A DNA stretch of 64,000 nt, from NCBI GenBank assembly GCA_049517415.1, contig JBEKSC010000001.1, positions 1 to 64,000 of the forward strand, written 5' to 3'. Both the position numbers and the translations under genes were made by a program. Source of the stretch: Candidatus Bathyarchaeia archaeon. GTDB lineage: Archaea > Thermoproteota > Bathyarchaeia > 40CM-2-53-6. Below the pieces are notes generated by a model. The model ran no database searches and was not told the DNA's origin. It worked only from the letters and a program-made list of their open reading frames with translations. Of the stretch, positions 1 through 8,802 are shown in pieces (position 1 is the stretch's first letter; each line of letters begins with the position of its first letter).

Positions 1-5
1 TAGCC

Positions 6-119
6 ATGATGTCCAGGTTCGAAAAGGAAGGACAACGATTTGTGTGCGATAAGTGTGGTTTCGAAACTAACAGTTCAGAAATCTTCCCTTTACACAAGAA
101 GAATTGTCCCAGAATTTAG
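6..119 (+). CDS. 37-aa C2HC zinc-finger microprotein
   Basis: Hand translation MMSRFEKEGQRFVCDKCGFETNSSEIFPLHKKNCPRI; CxxC...HxxxC spacing; below the ORF-track cutoff. Confidence 0.55.
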   Translation: MMSRFEKEGQRFVCDKCGFETNSSEIFPLHKKNCPRI

Positions 120-811
120 TTTCCTCCGCCCGTACTATGCAAACTGCACAAAAAGAGCCATGGCTTCAGACGCCCTGACACTATGTCATCTATTACGCTC
201 AACGCCCTAGCAGTTGACTCAACAACTATTCCTGAGCGACGATAGAACGCTTTCAGCGCATTGGCGACATAGCCAAAGTCGCCACCTTCCGGTGGACGCT
301 CATAAAGAGCCATAAGGGTAGTTGGGTCTTCTCTGACCATACCTAAGACTTCGACCCGTTTGTCAAGCATTTCAGGCCAGGTCACTTCTAAGTTGCAATT
401 GCTTCTTGGCTCAATGAAAACAGCCGCCACTTTCATCGGCCCTCCATTCTTGACAACGTCAGAGTTTCCCGGCGCCACATGTGTTTTTTCTCTTGCATAC
501 TGCATGAGGGCTTGAAGCGTACCAAGGTCTCGAAAGATTGAGCTAAACGTTCTATCGAGTTTCGTACTTGAAACTCGGTTAATGGCGTTCGAAATCTTCG
601 CTTTAAGGACAGAAGCACGTGTCGACGAGTATACTTGCAGAAGAAAGTTGCCAGACCTCCTCCAATGGTACTGCGTGAAGGTGAAGTCATCGCTTGATTT
701 CTTCCGCAGTTCTTCGAAGATCATTCTAGGAGTAACATTGTTCCTGCCGTAGTTACCCAGATCGACAACGAACGCGCAATATCTTCCAGGAGACAGAAGG
801 TTCAATGCCAA
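116..811 (-). CDS. Hypothetical protein, distant DUF1697-like
   Basis: 231-aa ORF; LGNYGRNNV, SGNF and C-terminal TAR resemble DUF1697 motifs. Confidence 0.5.
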   Translation of the reverse strand: MALNLLSPGRYCAFVVDLGNYGRNNVTPRMIFEELRKKSSDDFTFTQYHWRRSGNFLLQVYSSTRASVLKAKISNAINRVSSTKLDRTFSSIFRDLGTLQALMQYAREKTHVAPGNSDVVKNGGPMKVAAVFIEPRSNCNLEVTWPEMLDKRVEVLGMVREDPTTLMALYERPPEGGDFGYVANALKAFYRRSGIVVESTARALSVIDDIVSGRLKPWLFLCSLHSTGGGN

Positions 812-979
812 ACCCAGATTACCAGTCTGCTATGGACAATGTGCAACCTAATAGCTCACAGATGGTTCAGGAGATTCTGACCCCAATTTACCGGTACATA
901 TAAGGTCGAATTGATTGGAGCTATGGCGTGAGAACTAATTTTCGCTGCAATTGCTGGAACAGTTCTGGGAGCCTCAACA

Positions 980-1121
980 TGGTGCGGGGGCGGGGATTCG
1001 AACCCCGGAACCCCTGCGGGACAGGAGCCTCTGGACACACTCGAAACGTTTAGGAGTGTTCAGTCCTGCGCCTTAGACCTGGCTTGGCTCTAGGGAGATT
1101 CATGTGGAACCCTACCCCCGC
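980..1121 (-). tRNA. tRNA-Leu(GAG) with two non-canonical introns (1090-1113, 1031-1060) and encoded CCA
   Basis: Spliced sequence GCGGGGG TA GCC AAGCCAGGTCTAA GGC G CAGGA CTGAGGC TCCTG, long variable arm, CGGGG TTCGAAT CCCCG CCCCCGC A CCA; BHB-type motifs at both junctions. Confidence 0.92.
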
Positions 1122-1247
1122 CTCCAGGCCAAACAAGTTCACCCGTAAGGGCTCACGGCGAGAGCGCGTGTGGCAAGTCTTAAAGATTATCTAGTCAACC
1201 ATCATTGAGCCCAGCCTAGATTAGTCAGGGGCGAGCCGGTGGCCTAA

Positions 1248-1538
1248 ACGAAATTCACATACGGAAAAAAACAAAAGGTCGACAGCGTTGAGCTAGACCA
1301 GCTCTTCACCGACCTACAAGGAGTCCTAGCAAAACACCCAGTGGTCCCTACCGGGAACATCGACGCCTTGGTCTCTGAATGGATTAATGACATACTCTTC
1401 GTCGCCGGCAAGATCACGGAGGAGGAGTTGCAAGAGGTTATGAAAACCTTCGAGAAAACCGAAACTTCGCAAGAAGCGGCGGTCGTAGCGAGCGAGGAAG
1501 ATTCCGACGAAGACGATGAAGACGATGATGACGAGTAA
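1248..1538 (+). CDS. Small hypothetical protein with acidic C-terminal tail (start uncertain; track start 1341)
   Basis: Frame is open from 1248 (after TAA at 1245); ends EEDSDEDDEDDDDE. Confidence 0.55.
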   Translation, partial: TKFTYGKKQKVDSVELDQLFTDLQGVLAKHPVVPTGNIDALVSEWINDILFVAGKITEEELQEVMKTFEKTETSQEAAVVASEEDSDEDDEDDDDE

Positions 1539-1729
1539 AGCCGAGAATAAGGTTCATTCCTTTCGGCCGCGGGCTTCACAGCGAATCGCTCCATAGACGA
1601 TTGGAGAATATTTGCGACGGAGTCATCGATGTCCGGGTCATGGAACGCGAAGACAAAGCCAAGAGGACTCGAACCTTCGGTTTGGACGACACATTTCACA
1701 AGCTATCCAAATGAAGCCCCGTATATCTC

Positions 1730-2284
1730 CTAGCTTATGCCTGGAGTTTGAATGCCTCCGGATAGCAGCTCGTGCAGCTTTTCAAACGAGGCATAGCTTT
1801 CTTCTTCGCCGAATTGGTCCCGTACACCTTCGACAAACGGCTTCATGGACCTCCACGCAAGCTGAGTTAGAAACATGTCTCCAATTATGTCCAGCTTCAC
1901 GATTCCCCTCTCAACAAGCACGCCCAACGATTCGAAGAGGGCCCCGATTTGATAAAACGCCACCTGTTCTTGTTTCGGCAACTTGAGAAAGGCGTCATAG
2001 GAGGCGATGTTTGAATGTGTTACAGTAAGCCACGCTGATTGAACCTCTGCGGTATTCGCGAATTCGTACAGCCGCATCACAAGATCCATGTTGGCGAGTT
2101 CATTGTTCTGTTCCATCTGCTTTGTTGTCAGCTTGGCCTGTTCTACCGCTGCCCGAGCTTGCTCAGCGGCTACCCGAATCATTCTGCTGTTCTGCCGAAT
2201 CTGGACTACGACAAAGAGCACGCCCAGTATAACTGCGATTGAAGTCAAAAGCGAGACATCGGAGGCTAAACTACCAAGGTCCAA
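1730..2284 (-). CDS. DUF4760-like membrane-anchored protein
   Basis: N-terminal TM helix; FESLGVLVERG motif. Confidence 0.65.
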   Translation of the reverse strand: MDLGSLASDVSLLTSIAVILGVLFVVVQIRQNSRMIRVAAEQARAAVEQAKLTTKQMEQNNELANMDLVMRLYEFANTAEVQSAWLTVTHSNIASYDAFLKLPKQEQVAFYQIGALFESLGVLVERGIVKLDIIGDMFLTQLAWRSMKPFVEGVRDQFGEEESYASFEKLHELLSGGIQTPGIS

Positions 2285-2475
2285 TTCGCATCGGCTGTCT
2301 AGCTGCGGGCGAGTGGTATTTTAAACCTCAACAACCAAATGAGAACCAGAGAAAAGCACGACCCAAGCGGGCGAGACCCAGGGGACCATTCTAGTGCTAC
2401 AGATTCGTAACGGTAAAGTATTTTAGAGCTTGAATGGAACACCCAACAAACAGCCAACCCAGATTGGTGGAATAA

Positions 2476-3480
2476 TTGGGTCACAGGAAAGTTCATGCCC
2501 CGAAGCGAGGTTCCCTCTCCTTTTTGCCGAAGGGACGCGCCTCACGTTGGGTTGGCAGAATAAGGTATTGGCCTGAAGTTGATGAGGGGCCGCGGCTACT
2601 TGCTTTCGCCGGCTTCAAGGCCGGCATGACCTACGCCCTGGCCGTAGACAACCGCGAGGGCTCGCTTATGTTCGGGAAGGAGATCGTAATTCCATTAACC
2701 ACTTTGGAGGCACCGCCAATGCTGGCCACTGCACTACGTGCTTACACTAAGACTTACGAGGGGCTGAAAACCTTTGGCGAGGCGTGGATGGAAACGGTGC
2801 CTAAGGATTTTGGTCGAGTTATTTCGGTTCCAGAGAAATTTTCCACCGAAGCCGGCTTGAAGAAGATTGAGGATAACTTGGATAAGATTGCTGATATACG
2901 CATGCTCATGGCCACTCAACCTCGCCTCGCAAAGCACGGCAAGAAGGCGCCGGAAATTATCGAAGTGAAAGTTGGAGGGGGCTCCCTCAAGGACCGGTTT
3001 GAGTACTGCAAGAAGATACTCGGGCAAGAGGTGAAGGCCGCCGACTTCATCAAGGAAGGGCAAGCGGTTGACACGATTGGCATTACGAAGGGCAAGGGAA
3101 TACAGGGGCCGGTTAAGCGTTGGGGAATTCGAAGGAAGTTCCACAAGGCCCGAAAAACCGTACGCCAGGTTGGTTCGATCGGAGGATGGACACCGCACTA
3201 CGTCATGTATTCCGTCCCTAGGGCTGGCCAAATGGGTTTCCACCAGCGAACCGAGTACAACAAATTGGTTATGAAAGTTGGCAATAACGGCAGCGAAATC
3301 ACGCCGAAAGGCGGCTTCCTGCGTTACGGCGTAATCAACTCGGACTACGTGACCGTGAAAGGAAGCGTCCCCGGAACTAGGAATAGAATCATACTAATGC
3401 GCGTAGCCTCTCGCCCACCGCCCGAATCACCGCCGCAAAAGCTTGAGTACATCAGCGTAGCATCACCCCAAGGCGACTAA
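2476..3480 (+). CDS. rpl3: 50S ribosomal protein L3 (archaeal)
   Basis: MGHRK..APKRGSL, GFKAGMT, TKGKG.QG.VKRWG, RAGQMGFHQRTEYNK. Confidence 0.98.
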   Translation: MGHRKVHAPKRGSLSFLPKGRASRWVGRIRYWPEVDEGPRLLAFAGFKAGMTYALAVDNREGSLMFGKEIVIPLTTLEAPPMLATALRAYTKTYEGLKTFGEAWMETVPKDFGRVISVPEKFSTEAGLKKIEDNLDKIADIRMLMATQPRLAKHGKKAPEIIEVKVGGGSLKDRFEYCKKILGQEVKAADFIKEGQAVDTIGITKGKGIQGPVKRWGIRRKFHKARKTVRQVGSIGGWTPHYVMYSVPRAGQMGFHQRTEYNKLVMKVGNNGSEITPKGGFLRYGVINSDYVTVKGSVPGTRNRIILMRVASRPPPESPPQKLEYISVASPQGD

Positions 3481-3632
3481 CAGCTCAGTAAGCTAGGCCC
3501 CCCAGTGGGGGTGGGGCAGCCAAAACTTCTCTTACGTTGTATAACATATGCTAGACATCAATTTCAAAGGACGAGGCACACGTTCCGGGTACCATTTACT
3601 CTTATGGCACGCGCTCCGGGTGCAATCTACCC

Positions 3633-4844
3633 TTATTGCCACCTGTCCCATGCTTCATGGACAAACTTGGAACTTTTCTTTGGGAGCGAGTAGATGGCTG
3701 TGGCTATGGCCAAGATGCTGGGCGCCCCAGTCGTAAGCCTCCCTTTGAGGATTGTTCGCCATGGCTCAAGTTCGCTGTCCGCGGATTTCAGCAAACTTTC
3801 CGCATCTGGCTTAGAATAAAGAAATGCCTCTCGCCTCTCCGAGTTCACAACGATCTGAGCGGCTTCTTCTTCGAGTCCCACCGTTCCCGTCAACCATTCT
3901 TTTACGCCAGCAATGCCAGCCCCGCGCGCCGACAAGGCGATGGCGACCTTGACCTTAAGCGGTAGGAGATTCCACCCGTAGCTTACTTGGTAGCCTATGT
4001 CATAGCTGAAGCCGCTTTCCAGAACGGCATTAGAAAATATGAGGGGGAGCGGCGGCGCCGGCTCCATGTTCCCCTCCTCCAGTTTCACTTTCAACCTGTT
4101 GTGTGCGCATTTCTTTCCGCAATCTGTTTCAGGGGTTAAGCCTTTGAATCCAAGTTTCTTCGCCTTCCAAATTCCCTTTATCAACTCACTATCTGGAATA
4201 AATCGGTCCTTGACGATAGAGTATTTGGCGAGCCTTGGATAGATCAGAATAGCTTCCGCGTTGCCTTGTATCGTAAACGGGGAAAACGTGCGCGCCCCGC
4301 CGTCCACCCTCTCCTCAATGAGATAGACACCGTACCGTTCAGCTATGCCGTTGTAGAACGCGGCTTGGAAGTTATCCGTTGGATTCATTCGTGTAGTGTC
4401 TTTAGTTTCAATGATGATTGGATTTTGGTTTCGCTCTTTGAAGGCAATGAAATCCGGGCGCACCTTCCCGGGAAGGTCGGGGTGGCGCCCTTCACCCTTC
4501 CCGATTATTGTCAATTCTCCATACTCCCTAGCGAGTTTTACCCGAACCTCCTCGACGCCCTTTAGGGACTGGGATGCAATCTCTTCGAGGTACTCATTGA
4601 AATTCACTTGCGGAATAGCTTGGGCGATCTGTTCCATTGCGACAGCTCTAGGTAGGCCCTGGAATCCTAGCTCTACGGCCGCTTCCCCAATCATGCCGAT
4701 TGTTGCTGGTTCCAGTGCGCGTGGCTCGCTGGGTCGTTTTTCTCGTACGCCCCTGAGTGCTCTGTAAGCTTTGATCGCTACGATCTTCGGGCACCTTCGG
4801 TAGTCGTAGAGGTCTTCACGAGTAATTGTGTAGATAGAGGTCAG
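3633..4844 (-). CDS. Solo Cas4-like / RecB-type PD-(D/E)XK nuclease (probable CTG start upstream of the track start)
   Basis: In-frame upstream extension ITREDLYDYRRCPK; RPDF, IIETK and QAAFY motifs; C-terminal CGKKCAH. Confidence 0.7.
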   Translation of the reverse strand: MTSIYTITREDLYDYRRCPKIVAIKAYRALRGVREKRPSEPRALEPATIGMIGEAAVELGFQGLPRAVAMEQIAQAIPQVNFNEYLEEIASQSLKGVEEVRVKLAREYGELTIIGKGEGRHPDLPGKVRPDFIAFKERNQNPIIIETKDTTRMNPTDNFQAAFYNGIAERYGVYLIEERVDGGARTFSPFTIQGNAEAILIYPRLAKYSIVKDRFIPDSELIKGIWKAKKLGFKGLTPETDCGKKCAHNRLKVKLEEGNMEPAPPLPLIFSNAVLESGFSYDIGYQVSYGWNLLPLKVKVAIALSARGAGIAGVKEWLTGTVGLEEEAAQIVVNSERREAFLYSKPDAESLLKSADSELEPWRTILKGRLTTGAPSILAIATAIYSLPKKSSKFVHEAWDRWQ

Positions 4845-4965
4845 TGGAACCCGAACCCTTCCTTCAACAAGGCGATTTCTCTGCGGCCTGGGCGTTAAAT
4901 GTTGAAGGGCCAGATGTGAGCCATTTGGCCCTCAATTGCTTTTGCCAAGTATAGCTTGAAGGAGC

Positions 4966-5439
4966 CTACTCGGGTGGGTAAATTTTTCTTCCGGTTTTTC
5001 TGTCGATTATTGTAATTGCTTGAGTTGGGCATGATTGCGCGGCGATTAGGAGGTTTTCGTAGTCTTTTCCCCCAGCCTCGTCCAAGACATCTAGCTTAGC
5101 ACGACTACGGAATACTCCTTGGCCGGGGCGTTCGTCGAGTCGGAAAACGTCGGGTGAGACTATGACGCAACTGCCGAAGCCGAGGCACTTGTCCGCTTCG
5201 ACTTCGACCTTTATTCCGCCCTCCCGTTCTTCGGCTGGTGCCTGCCGTTCAGAGGGTAGCTTTACTCCAAGGCCATCGAAGACTCGGGTAAGGGCGTTCT
5301 TGACGCTGATTTTGGCTACTTCCCCAGCCTTTGTGTAGGCCACGGTCACATCCTCATCCAAAACTTTGAGTGTAGTTTCCTTGTCCTCGTGAATGAGCAG
5401 TTGCAGTTCGTCGGTTTTCTTGTCGTATCTCATTCTCAT
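4966..5439 (-). CDS. DUF2283-like domain fused to a single-cluster (3Fe-4S-type) ferredoxin
   Basis: N-terminal RYDKKTDEL..L; C-terminal CLGFGSC...SCPTQAI. Confidence 0.75.
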   Translation of the reverse strand: MRMRYDKKTDELQLLIHEDKETTLKVLDEDVTVAYTKAGEVAKISVKNALTRVFDGLGVKLPSERQAPAEEREGGIKVEVEADKCLGFGSCVIVSPDVFRLDERPGQGVFRSRAKLDVLDEAGGKDYENLLIAAQSCPTQAITIIDRKTGRKIYPPE

Positions 5440-5654
5440 GCAACAAAACCTAGCTAGTTGACGTGTTGTCGGATAGGTATGCCTTTCGCTGAGCTATTGG
5501 GGCTGCAGAAAATCAAGGCTTAGATGACGTTCATTGCTGCGGGATATGTGGGTCAGCAGTTGTTGTGGCCTTGTGACCACCAATGCCTTGTGTACGCAGA
5601 ATTAAAAGTTCAAAGATTAGTGACCCACCGCTTAGCAACTGGAGGTTTGGCGCT

Positions 5655-6950
5655 TTGGCTGCAGGCAGCGGACGACATTGGGACGTGCTTGTGATAGGAG
5701 CGGGCGTCATCGGCCTATCCGCAGCTTACCACATCAAGGAAAATAATCCTCAGCTCTCAGTTTTAATGATAGACCGTAACGCCGCGACAGGTCAAGGTGA
5801 CACCGCCAAAAGCATGGCGGCATTGCGGGACACTTTCACATCAGACGTTAACCGGCAGCTCGCTAGAAGCACGATTAATTTTTACAAACACGTTCAAACC
5901 GAGATCGGATTCAATCTCAACCTCGATATGGTTGGTTACCTTTGGCTGCTGACCGAGAAGCAGTACACCGCCTACGAAAGCTTCGCGAACCAGATGCTTA
6001 CTCAAGGAATCCGGTTGAGGTTGGTTGAACGCGACGAACTGGCCTCCTTGATGCCCGACCTAGTCCTTGACCCGGCGACTGAACAGAGCAAGATACTAGG
6101 GTTGGAAAGCATTCACAAAGCCGTCTTCGGATTGGACTGTGGTATAGTTGCACCTGACTTAATTGCGAAATTCTACGAGAATGAGTTTACAAAACTTGGC
6201 GGAGAGCTTCAATTCAGTACAGATGCAAAAATCCTCCATTTAGGCGCCCGGAAACCTTTGGGGCTTCCAGGAGAACCCTTCGCGTGGCAGGATAAGGTCT
6301 TCAAGGAAGTCGAAACGAATCACGGAACAATTCTCGCTGACAAGATTGTGTTAGCCGCCGGGATTAGAACCGCGGCGCTTCTTGACCCCTTGGGTATTGA
6401 TTGCTTAACGAAACCCCAAAAGAACCAAGTTTACCAAGTTCGCGGTGAGAACGTTCAAAGATTGCTTAAGACTAAGGGCTTCAACCCGCAAGGCACGGTT
6501 CCTTTCACAATTCTTCCTAGGGGAGAAGCATACTTCCGCCCCAATCCAGGCGAACGGAGTTTCTGGTTGTCGTCAGCCGCTGGATTCGGGCAACCCTTCA
6601 AGCTTGAGGAAGAACCAATCGCAGACGAGAAGAATTACACGTACAATATTTACCCGATCTTGAGCGAGTATTTTCCTTGCTTCGCAAACTTGCGGCCTGT
6701 CAATTCGTGGGCTGGTTTCTATGACGTTAACTCCGTCGACTTCACGCCCATCGTGGCGAGAATCAGCAATTGTGTTCTAATCACGGGTATGAGTGGAAGC
6801 GGAATCATGAAGGCGGACGCCGTGGGACGGATGGCGGCCGCGATCACCGAAGGAAAGGATGAGGCTAAGCTCTTCGGCGACCAGAGAATTAGCACCCTGC
6901 GACTTGGCCTGAGAAACCGGGCTGTTCCTAAGGAAGAATTCGTGATTTAG
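5655..6950 (+). CDS. FAD-dependent oxidoreductase, DAO / sarcosine oxidase beta / proline dehydrogenase family
   Basis: GAGVIG dinucleotide motif, WAGFYD, GMSGSGIM; GGAGGT at 5641 before TTG. Confidence 0.88.
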   Translation: MAAGSGRHWDVLVIGAGVIGLSAAYHIKENNPQLSVLMIDRNAATGQGDTAKSMAALRDTFTSDVNRQLARSTINFYKHVQTEIGFNLNLDMVGYLWLLTEKQYTAYESFANQMLTQGIRLRLVERDELASLMPDLVLDPATEQSKILGLESIHKAVFGLDCGIVAPDLIAKFYENEFTKLGGELQFSTDAKILHLGARKPLGLPGEPFAWQDKVFKEVETNHGTILADKIVLAAGIRTAALLDPLGIDCLTKPQKNQVYQVRGENVQRLLKTKGFNPQGTVPFTILPRGEAYFRPNPGERSFWLSSAAGFGQPFKLEEEPIADEKNYTYNIYPILSEYFPCFANLRPVNSWAGFYDVNSVDFTPIVARISNCVLITGMSGSGIMKADAVGRMAAAITEGKDEAKLFGDQRISTLRLGLRNRAVPKEEFVI

Positions 6951-7087
6951 GAGACGAAGTGGTTCGCCGAAGGCTGTATGGGTGGCCTACGAAAGAACAA
7001 GGTCCCTAGGTGAAGGACGTGAGGTTTCGGATGAAACTGAGCGATGAATACACTTTAAGACTCGAAACTCTCTGGCTAAGGACGGAA

Positions 7088-7203
7088 GCCTCGGTGGCTC
7101 AGCCTGGTAGATTCCCGCAGCGCGGGCACTGGAGAGCGGCCGCCTCGTAACCGCTTTTCAAGAAAGCGGCAGGTCGCGGGTTCAAACCCCGCCCGAGGCT
7201 CCA
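7088..7203 (+). tRNA. tRNA-Thr(CGT) with a D-arm intron (~7110-7133) and a canonical 37/38 intron (7150-7164)
   Basis: GCCTCGG/CCGAGGC acceptor stem; GCTC/GAGC D stem; GCCGC CTCGTAA GCGGC anticodon arm after splicing; GCGGG TTCAAAC CCCGC T arm; T-CCA; TATA-like CTTTAAG about 30 nt upstream. Confidence 0.92.
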
Positions 7204-7321
7204 ACACACGAACAAGTACAGGGTATCTAAATATCGCCCGCACTCATTTTATGGCAAGCGAGTACCTAGTCACATTGGCTTGAGTTGCACGCCCAAACCC
7301 CACGCATAGTGAGGTGAAAAA

Positions 7322-8086
7322 ATGCCACGTAAAATAGCACGATACGGTTGGATTCGGGATCTTCCAGACCAAAGAGATCATTTCTATGCTGCACCACCTG
7401 AATTTCTACTCAAGCTTCCGCCGAGTGTTGACCTGCGACCGCAATGTCCCGACGTATACGACCAGGGACAACTTGGAAGTTGCACCGCCAATGCTATTGC
7501 GGCCGCATTGGAATTCGATCAAATGAAAGAGAAACAAGCGAATATCTTCGTGCCATCACGACTTTTTATCTATTATAACGAGCGTGCAATGGAAGGGACG
7601 GTAAATGAGGATTCAGGCGCCCAAATCCGAGACGGAATCAAAAGTGTTGCGAGTCTAGGAGACTGCCCCGAAGACCTATGGCCTTACGATATCACGAAAT
7701 TCGCAGTTAAACCTCCCCAACAATGTTACCAAGAAGCATTGAAGTTCGAGGCAGTGCTGTACCAGAGACTTTCGCAGATTTCTAATCAACTAAAGGGATG
7801 CTTAGCTTCTGGCTACCCGTTTGTCTTCGGCTTTGCTGTGTACGAAAGCTTCGAAAGCCAACAAGTAGCGCAGACCGGCCATGCTCCGATGCCAGCACCC
7901 ACGGAGGCATCTATTGGTGGGCATGCTGTAATGGCTGTCGGATACGATGACTCACAGAACTGGTTCATTGTAAGAAACTCTTGGGGAGTTGGCTGGGGCA
8001 TGAAAGGATACTTCACCTTACCTTACGCATACCTGCTCGAACAGAATCTCGCCAGCGACTTCTGGACAATTCGTGTAGTAAGCTGA
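7322..8086 (+). CDS. Papain-family (C1A) cysteine peptidase, no signal peptide
   Basis: DQGQLGSCTA (oxyanion Q, catalytic C), GGHAV, RNSWG. Confidence 0.95.
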   Translation: MPRKIARYGWIRDLPDQRDHFYAAPPEFLLKLPPSVDLRPQCPDVYDQGQLGSCTANAIAAALEFDQMKEKQANIFVPSRLFIYYNERAMEGTVNEDSGAQIRDGIKSVASLGDCPEDLWPYDITKFAVKPPQQCYQEALKFEAVLYQRLSQISNQLKGCLASGYPFVFGFAVYESFESQQVAQTGHAPMPAPTEASIGGHAVMAVGYDDSQNWFIVRNSWGVGWGMKGYFTLPYAYLLEQNLASDFWTIRVVS

Positions 8087-8157
8087 AAAACACGTCGGTT
8101 GAAGGATCACAAAACGCTTAGGTCCAAGAACGAAGCATAGTACCCGCCGTAACCAGA

Positions 8158-8451
8158 ATGAAAGTGCCAACACAGAAACTCAACGTGAAGCTCAGAAACG
8201 AATTCTTGATTGAATTACCGTCTAATAGAACCACGGGGCATAGGTGGGAGGCTAACTACGACAAGTTACTCCTGCAACTTTCAACCACAAATTACAAACG
8301 CATCTCAAAAAAGACAGGAGGCGGTGGAACAGAGTCCTTCGCCTTCATACCCTGCGAGAAGGGAATAACGCTGGTCCGAATGGTCTACAAACGGCCTTGG
8401 GAGAAGATAAACACGAAAGAAGTTCTGTACGAGGTCACAATAGAAGACTGA
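8158..8451 (+). CDS. Chagasin-family (I42) cysteine peptidase inhibitor
   Basis: LPSNRTTGHRW, GGGG and YKRPWE loops. Confidence 0.9.
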   Translation: MKVPTQKLNVKLRNEFLIELPSNRTTGHRWEANYDKLLLQLSTTNYKRISKKTGGGGTESFAFIPCEKGITLVRMVYKRPWEKINTKEVLYEVTIED

Positions 8452-8802
8452 AAAGCCCTCGGGCAGGCAAACTTTCATCTCCAGAGAGCGATCAACACTA
8501 TAACTTGCGAATCAGAGACAGATAGTAAAGATAAATCGGCAATATTCCCAACAACGAGTATACTGCTATGGGAACCTTGTTGACGAGCCTCCAAGGAACT
8601 TTCTGAATCCAGCTACCACAACACACACACCGAAAATGACGCCTGTGACAAGCGTCTAATTTTCCGCCTTAAGATGTAGAGCGGTACAAAAAAGACTATA
8701 GGATCGTAAATTACTCTCATCTTGTTCCGCAGTGGTTTTCCTTTCAAGGTCATGTGTGGCCGAATGTTGTTATGGGAGTTTCAGCAACAGTTTCCTAGGC
8801 AA

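Noticed and set aside
856..1038. 60-aa ORF
   Set aside because: Overlaps tRNA-Leu; spurious.
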